NCBI GenBank assembly: GCA_976226885.1
Contig: OZ320313.1
Location: 70,618,001-70,682,000, forward strand
Length of the DNA: 64,000 bases
Direction of reading: 5' to 3'
Origin: Iphione sp. A-MEVVRFRX5
Lineage: Eukaryota
Made by a program: the position numbers and the translations under genes. How positions within the stretch are numbered: the first letter of the stretch is position 1; each line of letters begins with the position of its first letter. The notes under the pieces were generated by a model. That model worked only from the letters and a program-made list of their open reading frames with translations. It was not told the DNA's origin and searched no databases. Shown in pieces: positions 23,001 through 37,200 of this stretch.

Positions 23001-24599
23001 ACCAGTTTAATGAGTTTATGATGATCTACTATAATTAATCTAGTGATGTCGTATTGAGGGCTCACCCTGGTAAGTCAGAGGCCCCATTCCATATGGCCCC
23101 ACCCTCGCTGTGAAAACTGCTGCTTCGTAGCAACCAGTAGGAAATAAAATTGTTTTCAATTCAATTATAGAGTAGGTCTGAATATTTCCTTCAACATCCT
23201 AATCGGTCCTATATCCCAGCACCATATTATAGAAATAATGGCTAGATTATGCACAGCTCAGCGCTTGATATGACATCACTTATATCACTATAGTAATTCT
23301 ACTCAAGCATTGTAAACTCATTTAACTATTAAAGCAAGCAATTTATAACTAACCTCGTCTTTGGACCCCATAACGGGTCCGTTCGCAAGGTTCACATGCT
23401 ATTGATAGATACCCTCATCTCCTCTACTCATCCCCTTTACATTTTCCTCGCCCCCTCGTCCCTTGCCTCACACCTTGCCTCTCACCTTGCTGAGGCGAGA
23501 TGCAAGGTGTGTTTGTACTAAATGTTCTTGTTCCATCATCTTGTTCCACCATTTGCTATATTGAAAGTGGCGGATTTCATCTCAGTAAGCCTTCAAAGTA
23601 CATGTATGTTCTTTCAGAATGGTGGCGGTAAACTATACACTAGTAGCTACTACGTACCTTTCGGGAAACTTTGGAATTTTTTCAATAAAATTGTTTTATA
23701 TCAACGTAAAAATCAACCCGCGGCCCTTTAACAATCCGGTCAAATCAGCTTTGCACAAAGCCCGACGAGAATACTGAGGGATACTTGGTAAATTCGGATG
23801 TTGAGCCTTAATCTTTGCTATGAAACCACGAAGGTTCACACAGGTGTAGCATCTCAGAGTTGAAGGGAAATATTTATTCAAGCCTTTTATATGCCAGAAA
23901 CAATGTCATATGACGTGTAATAACCAATGAGAAAGAGGGATTCATCAAATTTTCACGATCACCAAACAACCAACGTATTACAAAAGACTGCACATATATT
24001 ACATCATTGGATGCAATACCACAGAGCGTGGACAACCCTTTTGATCCGAGGTCGGCTTAGTTATCCAGCTTGACTTTATTCCTATTGGCTAACATTACGT
24101 TATAACAAATGATGAAATGTATGAACAAAGTAAGCTGAAAGGGTTTTCTGGTGACGTTTTGATATCTTTGAGATAGTATTTCTGCAATGATTTTTTTTTA
24201 TCCAGAACCATACAAAGGGAACAATGATTTAGTATTGTCAACGTTCCTTGCTTACACTGATAAAATATCTGAAGATATGTGTGATACTATAATTGATTTC
24301 AGTCACGCAACATTGTTCATGCGTACTAACATCCTATGGTCCTACATAATATGACTTCGGAGCAAATTGCCTGAACGGGAATCAATAACAAGATCCGTAT
24401 ACATAATCGACACTAAAATTCAACATATATCAAGGCTCCTCAAAAAGGCTTCACCCCTCCGACATAATTTTGTTTTTGATCAGAGCCATCAGGCGACACG
24501 ACTACTGCTCCATTCGATCCGGTCTTCCAGTAGGGTCACCCTGCTGATAGGCGGTACGTCATGTTTTAAAAGTCGCACGTTGGCCGATGGCCTTTAAAT

Positions 24600-25900
24600 C
24601 GGCTGACAACCAAGCCAGACACATTTCATAGAGGAAGACATCATTGAATCGTGTGCCACTTCCGAGAATCGAACGTATTATGACTCGCGTGGTAGGCCGC
24701 ACACCGAAACAGCACATGACAGAAGACACTGTTCCAAAGCTCACGTCCAAGACTCGCCTTTGTATTCAAATCGTAAGACAATCATGTCTGCCATCCTGGA
24801 GAGCCTACTTAATGGTAGCAGTCGAGAGAATGTATCGCCTCACACATCAGCGATAAGGGCGTAATCATCCGTGGCTATCATTCGCCTTTCTTTATATGAA
24901 AAAGCCATCACGGTTGACGGCTATCAGACATTCAGGGTGAAAAAGGTGTGCACCTTCACCACTACGGAGCTCACAGCTCGACCAACACCTAATCAGAAGC
25001 GGCGTCTACTGGCGGAGGCATCAAACCCAAAGGTGATTGGAAGAAAAGGCAAGGGAAAGGCTTTCAGACAAAGAATCTCTGCTAAATTTAGCCGAATGGA
25101 AACACTCCGTACTTGCCTACTGGCCCGGTGAAATCCATCTAGGGCACTGAAAATGATCATTTCTCAGACGGATTCTCGGTCTCTGATGAACGTTTGAGAA
25201 ATAAATGGCCGCCAGGTTAATGCTCTGGCCAAATATATCGAAGGGAATATTTGACAAACTGACGAGGACAATTAGACTGCCAAACACGAACCTGCTCTGC
25301 GTCATTAGGTCAACGTTCCTCAACTAGGCTTGTCTTGCTGTCATTATAATTATAAAGACCTAGGTACTCTTAACAATTCGGAAGCCGCACCCTTTCCTTG
25401 TTTCCGTTTATATCGGCAAGGTGCCTTACGATAGTATCAGAAAGAAGCTATCGGCCGAAGTTCCAAAGTCTGGTCTTTACAGGTCATGTCCTTAAATATA
25501 TGTGCATGTGCCTCATTAGTGCACCGTCATTTTTCCGTAAGCTTAAAACATGCAAGGTATTATTTGCAGCTGGGTCCAGTAGTCTTTGTGTACCGTGCGA
25601 TCGGATGTGCTCAGAGAACCACGTCAAGTAGACTCTCCTCCGCTTCAAAAGATAGCTCATAACTACGCTTGCAATAACAAGTCGTGGATAATGTCACAAC
25701 CGTGAAGTCTACTTTCAGGTACATTCCACCATCCGAAAGGACTTAAACGTGCGGTGATGTTCTTGAAGCAAAGGGTAACAAGTGATGCATGGTTAGTATT
25801 GATTTTTTTTTCGGAGTGAATCAACATCTCCACGATTCAACGACAGCGATCAAACGATGGAAACCTTGAAGGTTTCATGTCCCAGATTTACTTAGAGAAT
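24600..25900 (-). mobile_element. Highly decayed Ty3/Gypsy pol remnant (RNase H to integrase)
   Basis: In minus-strand order: IAVV..., TNHASLVTL..TARL (TDH..L..RL-like, about 25797-25740), MDFTGP (about 25138-25121), MSDSRQP, and LWNSVFCHVLFRCAAYHASHNT (W..L..AY..H-like). Many stops. Confidence 0.42.
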
Positions 25901-28900
25901 ATTCGTTGGAATTATTTGGTCCAAGACTTCGAGAGATTCTGTATAATATTCTGTGGCATTTTAGCAGTGGACCTAAACTCTTTTTTCATAGTTACGCGAT
26001 TGTAAATACATGTACAAGCACACAACATACTTTAAACCATTTGACACCAAGGCATTGAAAGGTTTATTAAATGTATTTGCTGCCGAAATGTTTGTGATTT
26101 TTCTGTACTATTTCAACGCTGAAAAGTCCGTCTATAGTGAGTTACGCTAGGGGATACACGGAATTCTTTAAGTTCGTATTATTAATAAGCGTGGAAGAAT
26201 AGGAGTTCTTGTAAGCGGCATCCACAGTTCAATCAGGCAAATCCAGCTCAGCTAGGAGTTGTTATACCTGTCTATTCTAAGGTTAAACGCAAATATTTCC
26301 TCACGATCAGGCAAATGTGCATGGCCAATGAAAGGAACATTCTAATATCACTGGATTTGGGATCTGCTCATTTTGATGTGAATATTTTCACATTACATGA
26401 TACGAAAAAGAGGGATGTAATTATGTACATGTAAATAGGCGTTTATTCACATCTCCAACATACAAGTGGAGATCTTCCAAGAGAATATAAGGTAAGGCAC
26501 ATATATCGACAAAGACAAAATGTGAGAGACAATTCATATGTAGTAATCTGCTACCAGAGCACAGTTTAGGATCTAAGGTCATAGACATATCAAACATTCA
26601 GTTTAACATGCTTAATTAATTTTACAGCTTTCTTCACATCACTTTCCATCTTAATGACCAGAGAGGGGCGATGTCTGGGATCCCGTACTTCAGAGTAGAC
26701 ATTAGATTAGATCTTGAGGTTACGGATCATATGGAGTCATGAATGATAAAATGATTCTCAATTCACGATGCACGGTCCACATCTGGGACTCAATTCTTCG
26801 CGTATAAGTGGGTAATTTAATTTGTCTCTGTTCATCGTTTCCGTTCGTATCACTGAGTTGGGGATGATGAACGGATCAAAAATTTGAGTTTAGGTATCTG
26901 CATTTATCATCAACGTTTTTTCTGAATAAATTAATAAGAAGGGTTGCTATACAGAGCGTGTCCACCTGGTTAAATCAAATGATGAGCATAATATCATGGG
27001 ATTCTAAAAGGCTAGGTACAATTGTTTCATGCAAAATGATGTGTAAAGAAATTGAATTGAATGAACGTTTTAAAAAGAATCATTATGCAAATTCGCCGTT
27101 TAGTTTCCGACTTTGAACGGAAAATTGTACCTGAAATGCAAATATTGCCAGGAGATAAAAGACTAAAAAAACGTCAGTCAGAACTCTCTGTTAAACTAGT
27201 CTCTTTCCCCAACCAGTACTGTAATTGTTACCCCGGAAATAATTGAATGAGCTGTCAGGAAGTTATTAAACTTCGCTTTACTTTGCAGAGAAACTGACGT
27301 AAATTGCCTTAGATTGCTTTTTGCAAATTATTCCATGGGGACCCGATAGAACTACGAACGTCTGTGTCCAAATTGCAATACTGAGACTGATGAATTTGAC
27401 TACTTCTAATACCATAATTATATAATTTGCCTTTGGGGTAATGACCAAAGTGCAAGAAATGTGAGATTTCGAGATAATGATGTCTCTGAGATCTAAATAT
27501 ATATTATAACTTGTATACGTACTCTGATAAATATAGACATATTAATTACACATGTGAGGATTAACTTCCTTGGTAATGAGAATTAGTGACCTCTGATCGA
27601 GATTGTGTTGCCTTCCCGACACCAAGCTCTCTTACACAACCTGCCCTTGGAGACGAAGACGGTTCGATAGAAATCTTACTCCGTTTACGTCCATTGCCTT
27701 CGGCTAAAGCTATTACAGTTGTTGCCAAGCAGGTAGGTCACGTCATCACGACATGCCTATCTCACACCATTCACTAAGAGTGACGCCGCGAAGACTACTC
27801 GTACGGTACAAGGCCAGCAATGCCTTAAGGTTGAATATATATACACGGTTTTCTTTAATCAAGTCTAATACTACGGCGCTGACCCGAGATAGATTGAAAA
27901 GATACACATCTAGATAGATAAAGAGAGAAAGGGAGAGGATTTGACAAGACATCCATCTCTGACACGTGGAATGACATGTAGCACTTCGTCCAATGTACAG
28001 TAAGTCACAGGAAGATAATATTGTACAGTATCAACGGCGGGGCGTCTCCTTGATTATCCTTCAGCTACTCTTCACAAATGGCTGAAATGTACCCGGTCTG
28101 CAATATTGAGTCGTAAATAACGTCCTACATGTGCGGCGGAGATGGATGCAGATAAGATGTCCAATTACGGTGTCGTACTAATAGTAACGTAGTAATGTTC
28201 GAGCACAGACAAGCAATTGTTAATTGGTCTGTAACCAATGGGAACGGCAGAACCCACAAAGTAAGCTAGTGCCATCTCAGGTTCCTTTGAAACGTCAGAA
28301 CTCGGAGTCGAATCACGAAACGCAAAGGTTTGTTAGAGGGTCTGATTATCCATAGATGCGGATTTGGCCCGGCAGTACTTCTAAGAGACCACAGGAGAAA
28401 AAAGAGATTGGAGAGTTGCGGCACTCGTTGAGAATCTAGTCGTGCCCGTCATTGGATCAACTAATGGAAGCTTCTCTACCGTAAAACAAGATAATTCTCT
28501 CCCTTAAATCTATATTTTGTAAACAATGCTTCGTTGTTACTTTTGGCAGGGAGGTGGATTCTTCGTATTGATTATGTTTTATGCTTTGCATATGCACTGA
28601 TTACAAAGAAGATGACATTTCCATGGAAGTTATAAAAACAATATGAATGTTTTAGACTCCATATGTTTAAGTCTTGCAGTAGTGGATGCCTTGTCCGAAG
28701 ATCCTGCCAGGTAATGTATACATGTATTGATAGCTGTGATTTAATAAAACATTCAGTATGGAATAGTGGCTCTGTAATACTCGATATATCTTTAAAATAT
28801 CTTCCTTTATATATATACATTTATGTATACCCTAGTCTGACGTGCGGTGGTGTCTCCTTTCCTGTATGAACAGTCGTATCCAGTTCTTATAGCTGTATTC

Positions 28901-31118
28901 GACTCTATTTAATTTAAAATAAGCCTATGGAAAAATGCAGAAAATGATATTCTTAGATGTATAACTAAAGTCTACCCTCTCAGGGTAACTTATAAAATAT
29001 TGTAACAGAACCTTTGATAAAACCTATAAAACTACTAAAATGCAAACGACCGCAATACATGTAAGAGTGACTTGAAATGCATAAATTTGGATTTATACGT
29101 GGAAATTCTACGTTTGAATGGAGAATATTTAAAATATGAGGCTCTATGCATTGATAACACCTTAAGATAAGAATAGAGAGCAAATCTCATTTCTCTTCCC
29201 TTGAACGAACAGGGCGCCTGAGCCGTTGTTAGGTGAAGGCCTTGTGTCAAGAGGAGCTTATAAGTCGAAAAAGCACGTGAGCTTGAATAATTTATAGGAT
29301 GACATATCCATTAAATATATCTACCTAAGCCTTACTTAAAAATATATTAATCACAGTGTCTGGTTTCACTTGTAATAAAACAACGAAGATAACGGGTTAC
29401 AAGCGTGCGGCATTTGAGCGAAGTCTTAAAGCACACAGTTTTCCGCTTACAGTAATTTGTGTAAACTAATTCTTTCGATGATGTTCTTGTTTTGAAACGA
29501 GGAAACGTATTTGAATAGAATTGTCTATGACCAAATCTAAAATTTAACTGGATATGTTTTACTGATATAAGTAACGTCATTTTACGTGTGATATTATAAT
29601 TGCTAAATTTGCTCTGGTAATTTTTTTGTATCAGTGACATGTACACACTATCTCTTACTTGCAAATATATACACATATATGCTTCCCCACATATGCCTAT
29701 ACATAGATGTATATAACGAAGCGGGGAGGTGTAGGTTTATATCATTATCTCCAAGAAAGCTACTCTCTGAGAAGCTGACATTTTCATTAAGAGTAGCTAC
29801 ATAGGCCATAATTACTTTATTCTGGAACGGCTTTTACGGTGGTAATCTATTTCTCGTAATAATTGCACTACGCCTGCAAACGCCCTTTTCTTGATTACGA
29901 GCCGATTAATTAATGCGATCAATTTGACATTAACTCTCAGCGTTGGCCAGATGCCCACCTAGACCTAACCTTTTCAAACACATCGTTCTGTAGCGTTTCA
30001 GGATTAGAACATTTATTGTTTAGCGTAGGTTAACATTAACTTAACTAATATCCTATGTAAATCAGGACATGGTGGGCTAGTTGTATCAGAAAAAATCCAC
30101 ATGTATTGTACGCCTTGTTTTCTAATATAACCTTGCACTGTGGACAATAAAATTACCTGACAGACTCACACTACTGTCATTCCTCCTCAATTTTAATTGT
30201 TTTAATTTGTCTGACATTTTCTTTCAGGCCGAAACGAATATGGACATGACATATTGAATTATTTACGTTGTGAAAGTCTTCAGTAGCAGTAGTCTCCACA
30301 AATCTTCCATGCAAGTCTTTTCCTGAAATCGTCAGAACTTCGCAGTTGCACTTCCACGTGTTGTAGTTAAGCACTAATAATGCCGTGGGTGTAGCGCTTC
30401 AAGTTAAAAGAAGATCCACATGCCATGGAAAATTGCTCTACTCTTCCAGTGCCAGTCTGCTTCTCTGTAATGTGGCCAATTAGTAGACCCCAGCGGTAGT
30501 ACAATGGGTCTCTTGGAAAAAAAAGATTTCTCAACAGGAAGTGAATCTGTGGTCTCATTTTCTATATACATTAACAGCGATGTAATATGCGCTTAATTCT
30601 CAGATCCGTGCTATTCTAAAAAAATGCATCATTAAACTACTGTCTCAATTGTCAGATAATTATATAAAATCAATAAACTGTATATTGTAACATCTTTTCT
30701 TTAATGTAATACTTATTGCGTTAAACTAGTGATAACTTGTGAGAGAATGCTACCAGTTACACCATGGCTTTTTTATACAGAGACACTCGAGTAATGATGG
30801 CCATGTCCTTCACGCATTTCTGTCGCAAATTTCCACCATCTAGAAATTGATCCAGGTGTAAAGGGGATAGAAGAGAGAGGACAGTAAGAGGAAAAGAGGC
30901 CTCTACTGAAAGAAAGATCTAATGATTATTTTCAGCCGCCTGCCACCTTTGCTTCCTAGTCACCAGCGCAGAAGACCTTTGATCACATGACGCGCGCGCT
31001 GAGGGATCACATGATAGTAGACGTGCTCCTACTCTTCGTCGCCGTTGTAAAGGACGGCAGTAGATATGCAGTGGCACAGACGATCCTAAGTGTGTGGTAA
31101 ACGGTAAAAAAAATTGAA

Positions 31119-31560
31119 GTGAGGAGACGTCGAGGGTGGTGTAGAGAGGTAGTAGTTATAGTGAAGGGCCCTACTTTGCCTGTGAGAGAATCAGACCAAA
31201 AGCTCTTCCAACAGTCGTTTCCTTCTGATGAACACGCTGCCCAAGATTGATAGGTTTATCTCGTCTGTACCATACGAGACAGCGAAAAAGGCAGCCACTA
31301 TGCGTACTTCTCTAAGCTGCTTAGGATGGAAGGCTTTCTGCAATGTAAAGACGATGTTAGTAGATGAGAATGGAGGCCTGGCCATTAGCCTGCGACGAGA
31401 AATGGACATAAGAAACCACCTTCTCTGACGCTAAGCCCTTTTTAGATATGACAGAATGGTGGGTCGTCTCATAGATCGTCTTCATAAAAATAATGTACAA
31501 CACAAGGACATCAAGGAACTACTGTCTGGCATCCTGTCATTATATTCAATCTAGCTCGAT
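31119..31560 (+). mobile_element. Decayed PIF/Harbinger transposase N-terminal remnant
   Basis: RRRRGWCRE...LPVRESDQKLFQQSF, then after a frameshift ..VPYETAKKAATMRTSLS. This matches the recalled Harbinger pattern RRxRxWxR..L..EL..D...F..RM...P...K.T.MR.+IS. Confidence 0.5.
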
Positions 31561-32496
31561 TACCGAGCTTAGACAACTGTACCGCAGTATGATAGTAGAA
31601 TAATTGGCAGTTGATGAGCCCCAGCAGAGCTGCCTCTGGGAGAATGGCAAGTCACATAAAAACACATGCACAGCACCTGCCAACCCATACATACCTTTAT
31701 ACTGTGTGTCCCACTTATATCCCACTGTGTCAATATAGTGGATACTGAGAACTTAAGAGATATGTCCGAGTGCTCGATCTGATTACCTATTCAACAAAGA
31801 GATTTAATCCCCAAAATGCACATTCTATGATAGTTGAAAATGCTAGAATATCCTTGGTAATTTGAATATGCCTACTTTCAACCTGTGGCGCAGGGAATTT
31901 TGACAAATCTTTCAGTTTCCCAGACAATTCAAGATCACAGACATCCGAATACATATGATCAAAAATCTGATAACATGCCTCGTCTGCATCTAAGCAACGT
32001 CCACATATGTATGCAACTCTATCTTGTTGACAGTGTGACGGGTTTACCTTTGATATGCCGCTGAGTCCTCCTGCGCCTGCTGCGAGTGACCTCGGATTTG
32101 TCGGAACATGAGAACTTGTTTGTACAGTATTTTGTCCGGACTAGTCAAGGCTTATTCCTGCCATCTATCCGATGCATCCAAAACTATATAAAACATTAAA
32201 TATTCATGTGGAGTCTTGTGTTAATAGCTCTCGATACCCTTTTTGTCGAAGCTGTTCTCGTTCTTAAACTGCCACTTTGGTCATAATGATTTTGAACAAA
32301 TTAAATTTGATCTCGGGTTTGGGTGGAAGACACCCCATCGAAGCACATATTCACACCTTCCCCAGTATATATGTATATCTTTTCATAACGCACATCAGCA
32401 GATACTCTCAATCTGACAAGAATTCGTCTCATGTACATGGAACTAACCTGTACACGCAAACCTAAACTGGCAGTAAGGGAGGAAAGGCGAATGGAT

Positions 32497-32565
32497 GTCC
32501 CCATGGCAACAGGAGGGACTCCTCTGTTCTATAAACGCGTGACTGGCAGGAAATAACACTCATAC
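32497..32565 (+). promoter_or_regulatory. Candidate core promoter: RFX X-box, TATA box and initiator
   Basis: GTCCCCATGGCAAC (32497-32510) fits the X-box consensus GTHNYYATRRNAAC. TATAAA lies at 32530-32535 and an Inr-like TCATAC has its A at 32562, 32 nt from the TATA start. A CpG-rich leader follows. Confidence 0.45.
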
Positions 32566-33959
32566 CCAGGCGTGCGCCACAGTGTCTGTCTGTGCGTGTC
32601 GCTGTGCGTAAACAAGGCTACGGCTAGAGATGCAGATTCTCTGATGTCTCTGCATGCCAGTGTGGTTGTAGGCGCGTGCTGATGTGTGGTTGTCCGTGCG
32701 TGCCGGGCGCTACCTCTTTGGGCTGTCCTGGAGTCGATCGATGAACGCTCCCGATTCGATTTTGGACCCGACTATCGTTAATGGACAGTGCTGGTGTGCC
32801 GAGGATGCAGCACAGGTGAAAAGGCACCCGAAATGTTGGAGACAGACAGTTAGAGGTAGTCATCATTTTTGTACGCAGATAAAGACAAGATTGGCCGCCT
32901 GGAACTAAGGCGCTGAAGGCAAGTAAAGATCCGGACAGCGTTGTCAATAGACAGAGACATTAACATTTTCCTTATTAGCTTAGTTTAACTATATAGAAAG
33001 TTTAATTAAGCATTGACTATAAAAGAGAAGATTGGATTTTTTTTCGACCAGACCAGTATTTCTCTGAACTGACTGATATTTGTATGATACAAAACAAACG
33101 ATACTTAGGTTTTTCAACGTAGCTTAGCTTTGCAGGCAGTGAAATAAATGTCTGAGGGACGTGCAATTGATGTATTCATGTTTTAAACCTAGTAAGCCCC
33201 CCCCCCCCACCAATGATGGCTTCCTCAGGATTTCAGCAACAATCAAGACCACATGAAGAAGGTCTTGTGTGGGTTGGTTTCATCACTACATGCATTGTAT
33301 GAAGGGTACACAGACTAACACTTCTCCAAAAAAAGATTATCTCCTTTCTGCATCTGAGCCAGCACAATAGTGATAAATATCATCAGCCAGTCAACCAATG
33401 GAAGAGCTATCACATGGGGTTTCCACGGGGCACTAACAGGTCATCTCTCTAGAATAAGCGAAGAAACTCAATTGTTCTTTATGCAAATAGTTCACATTGC
33501 CTTGCTATATTTTAAGATTTAAAGTTCATTTTGCATGGGCCTTGTGTATTTCCCTCCTCCTCTGTCTCTTACCTGACTTGTGAATTTCCTAGGTAGGGGT
33601 GGGTAACAAGAAACACATCTTTTTTGGCTTAAGCTTAGGCGTATATGTCCTTTCGAATCTTTTTATACAGATTTTGTGTATCCTGCTCATGATATATACA
33701 CTATGAAAAAGTGGAAATCCCCTTGACATAAGTTTAGAAATCTAAAACTGAAACACTAGTTAGTCACAATGAATCGATTTCGACATGCAAGAATCAGTAG
33801 AACTAAACCTGAGATATCGGTACCTGTGGCAGGTACGGGGTTTATAGAAACTGTGACACGTAATCATACACAGCAAGTGAGGCCATCAACCTTGACTGGC
33901 CATAGAAACAAGAGTATCCAAAGGCAGCATTGTGAAGGCCTGAAGTAGTGGTGCGAGTG

Positions 33960-34210
33960 TAGCCACAGTGGTGCAGGTGGCGGCAGTGGTCGTGGCGGTG
34001 GCAGTGGTGGCGGAGACGATGCCGGCGGAGTATCGATCTTGGATCGCTGACAAATTGTAGCTGCCACCTTCTCTTGCTGCTACCGCTGCCTCCAACGCGG
34101 CCGCCATCACCACCGCTCCCTGCGCTGCTGCTGCTGCTGCTGCTAGTGCGCTTGCTGCAACTATCTCAACCTCCGCCGTTGCTGCTGCTGCTGCTGCTGC
34201 TGCTGGCAGC
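33960..34210. repeat. GC-rich trinucleotide low-complexity tract: (GGT/GGC)n and (GCT)n runs
   Basis: Two GCT runs of about 7-8 units near 34125-34145 and 34181-34205, plus GGTGGCAGT-type repeats. Confidence 0.85.
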
Positions 34211-37200
34211 ATCACCCTGTCTCCTTACTGAGCATAGGCACGGCAGCCCGGCTAGTAGGGTGCCCCGTTCCTCTTACAACATGGTGCTGCCCGCTCCTTC
34301 AGAGAGGGACAGAGAAGCTTAGCATTCGATGAGTTCAACCGAGGTCATGAAAGACAACAATTTAGTGATAGTTACTTGAAATAAGAAGCCAAAGACAATA
34401 ATCGCTTGTCCAAACAACCCGTCAAGCTCCAACAAAGAATATGATAATAGGTGCAGTTTCCTTGATTTTTTTGCCCTCATCCAACCACACACTTTAAATA
34501 TTAGCATGAGGAGAAAACAAAGACCGATGAGAATGTCGCCTGTACGCCCATGAAACCTTCATCCATCATAAACATAACTTTGATTAGAGAATAATGTGAC
34601 AGCATGACAACTACAGTTTCACATTGACACACTATAGATAAGTGAGATTAATTCTGATCGAGTCACAGTTCCTTTGACAATAGTATTTTCCAACGTTCAC
34701 GAATGATGAAAAAGCAATGTCGTTAATGAGAGGGAGAGTCGCAAAATCTCTATGCGGGCCTAATATTCTTTCTTTATCCAGAGTAGAAATCGAGCTTTTT
34801 ACTTTGCTAAAAGGCCACTCTATGATTGCAAAAGACAATGCCTTCAGCTGCCTTTCCAATTGATCTATAATTCTATCACATAACAAACATTTAAGGACAC
34901 TATCCTTATTGTGGCGTTATTATTATGGTGGCGCTGGAGGTGGGCTATAATCTAGAATAAGACATTGATCATTCGACAGAATTGATAGCATGGAGGCACA
35001 GACGAGTTATTTCGGAACGACGGACACACCGATAATAAAGTAACTCAATTATCAAGACCATGGCTAGAATTTACAGGAAGAAAGCATCAAGCCGCCATAC
35101 CTATCGATTCCATAACTAATGCATAACATCTTCGTGGTCTTCCTGTAGTACCACCGAACGCAAAATCATTCCTGCACACGCGATCAAGAAGGTACTGCTA
35201 AAGGAAAAACATGGAGCACCTGAATCAAGCATCATCAGTATGATGAGCAAAATAGGCACACCTGCCCTAATAGCGCTTGCTCACGGAACATTCTACTTCT
35301 CCATATCGTGGGAAGATACTCCAACATCACATGTGTTGTGTAACAATGCGATTTACGAACAATTAATTTTCACTCGTACTATTGATCTTTCTCATGCTGC
35401 TTCTTACTCCTTTTTTACAACCCCTCCCCCACTCCTTGCGTGCCCTCTGTTCTCTCCTGTCACAAGCTCAGTTTCTTTCATGCTCACTGTTAAAATGCTA
35501 ACTGCAATTGTCACAAGGGCACTTAGTCTGGAACAATATGCTTGTGTACTGTACTGTAATGTTGTATTGTATATTTTTCAGTTATTTTTCATTTGAATGA
35601 TACTTGCATCTTCTCATATTATATGGCAAAGAGAATTTGATCAGGAAACGATGGATAACTCATACTTCCGTCTATTTTTTCATGTGAATAATTACAAATA
35701 ATAGGATAGGTTCGCATATGACAGAACATGCATTCCATCAAGCAAGCATCAAATGACACCGAGTCAACAATATCAAATTACATAATGTCGAATTCCATGT
35801 CATAGCTTAAAGACAAATATTACTGTTATCATGTTTTGGCTTCTATCATTTATCTCACGTAACGTATCTTATATCTTCCTAAATATAACGACTCGGTGTT
35901 TCTTCAGTATATCGAAATTGACTAGAGTCAATTAGGCAAAGCATTAGAGCTAACGGCGTCAGATGTACATGCATTCGATATCAAATGAATGTTGGCTAAC
36001 GAAATTAATAATTGGCAGCCGGCATCTTGCGTTAGTTTACCCGGCATGACAAACATTAAGTTAGTATATTATTTGTTGTCAATCTGTCTAAACACTACCA
36101 AACCTATATGGAATTCGAAATAACCATGAAACTACATATAACATACTGTTACCCAGAATAGTAGAGTTTTCTTCAACGCACAGATATAAAAACTTAAAAT
36201 GATACGCTTTTAGACATCTGATTTGACATATGGGATCCTTACCTAGAATGTTAAATGCACTCATCGATATCCTATAATGTTTTGGTCTGAAGAATGTATG
36301 AAAAGGGCGGATCTGGTTGTCATGGAGGCTTCGCATTGTCACTCGACTACTTACAACCTTTTGTACTGCCTGCAGACCCATTCCCTCCTCTACAGCAAAG
36401 AAATATATCTTGACCAAGATGAGTCATTGTGATATTAATACAACTGGACATTCACAAACAAATATACAGGACACATCGCCTAACACACGTAGCCACGAAC
36501 TTGTATTTCCTCTGGACTGGATGGCATTTGATCTCACAACAGTGCTCGTCACTCCTACCTCTTCTCTTCTTTCCCTTAGCTTTCAAAATGACAGAACCTG
36601 CATTAATTATTGACGTCAGTGCCATCCCCCCTGATAAAACAATGGTTATCCGCGAATAGACCGCCTGTCGCCGCGGCAGAAGGCGGGTGACGGAGATGGT
36701 GAAATGTCAACGGTAATTAGGGAGAGCGGGAGGGACAACACTCAGCCATACATTTTGAGCGGGCCTCACTCAGTCTGGCTTCCGGTCGTTGCCTCTTGCG
36801 TCCGCCAATCAACGTCATCGTTACATGAAAGCAGTATGAGATGACAACTCAAGCTGGAAATATGGTTCTCTAGTTTGAGAGAATGAGGGCTTAAAGCTCA
36901 CAGATGTGTTATGTAGAAATGAATGTAGAAAGAATGTTCCTCTAAATTTCAGTTAAATCCAGGACTTCTCGAAGATGAGAAAGAGATCAAACAGATCGAT
37001 GCGTGAGCCTTCCCATAAAGAAAAAAAATAAAGTACACACTGGACTATCCACAACTGGGCTGGCAGCTGAAATAAGTATCACAAAACGCCTAAATTAAGC
37101 CTCGAGCAAACCATTGAAGGTATTCTTATTGATGACTTTTTATAGCGACGATGAATTATCTCCATCGTACATTTGCACCTTCTGTGTGAAAATGGCACAT

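Noticed and set aside
33886-34215. Poly-alanine 109-aa protein
   Set aside because: Explained by (GCA)n repeats, which are open in several frames; no domain or splice support.
36060-36420. LINE RT remnant (ILFVVNLSK, LYGIRN)
   Set aside because: Only two weak motifs with wrong spacing; too uncertain to list as a feature.
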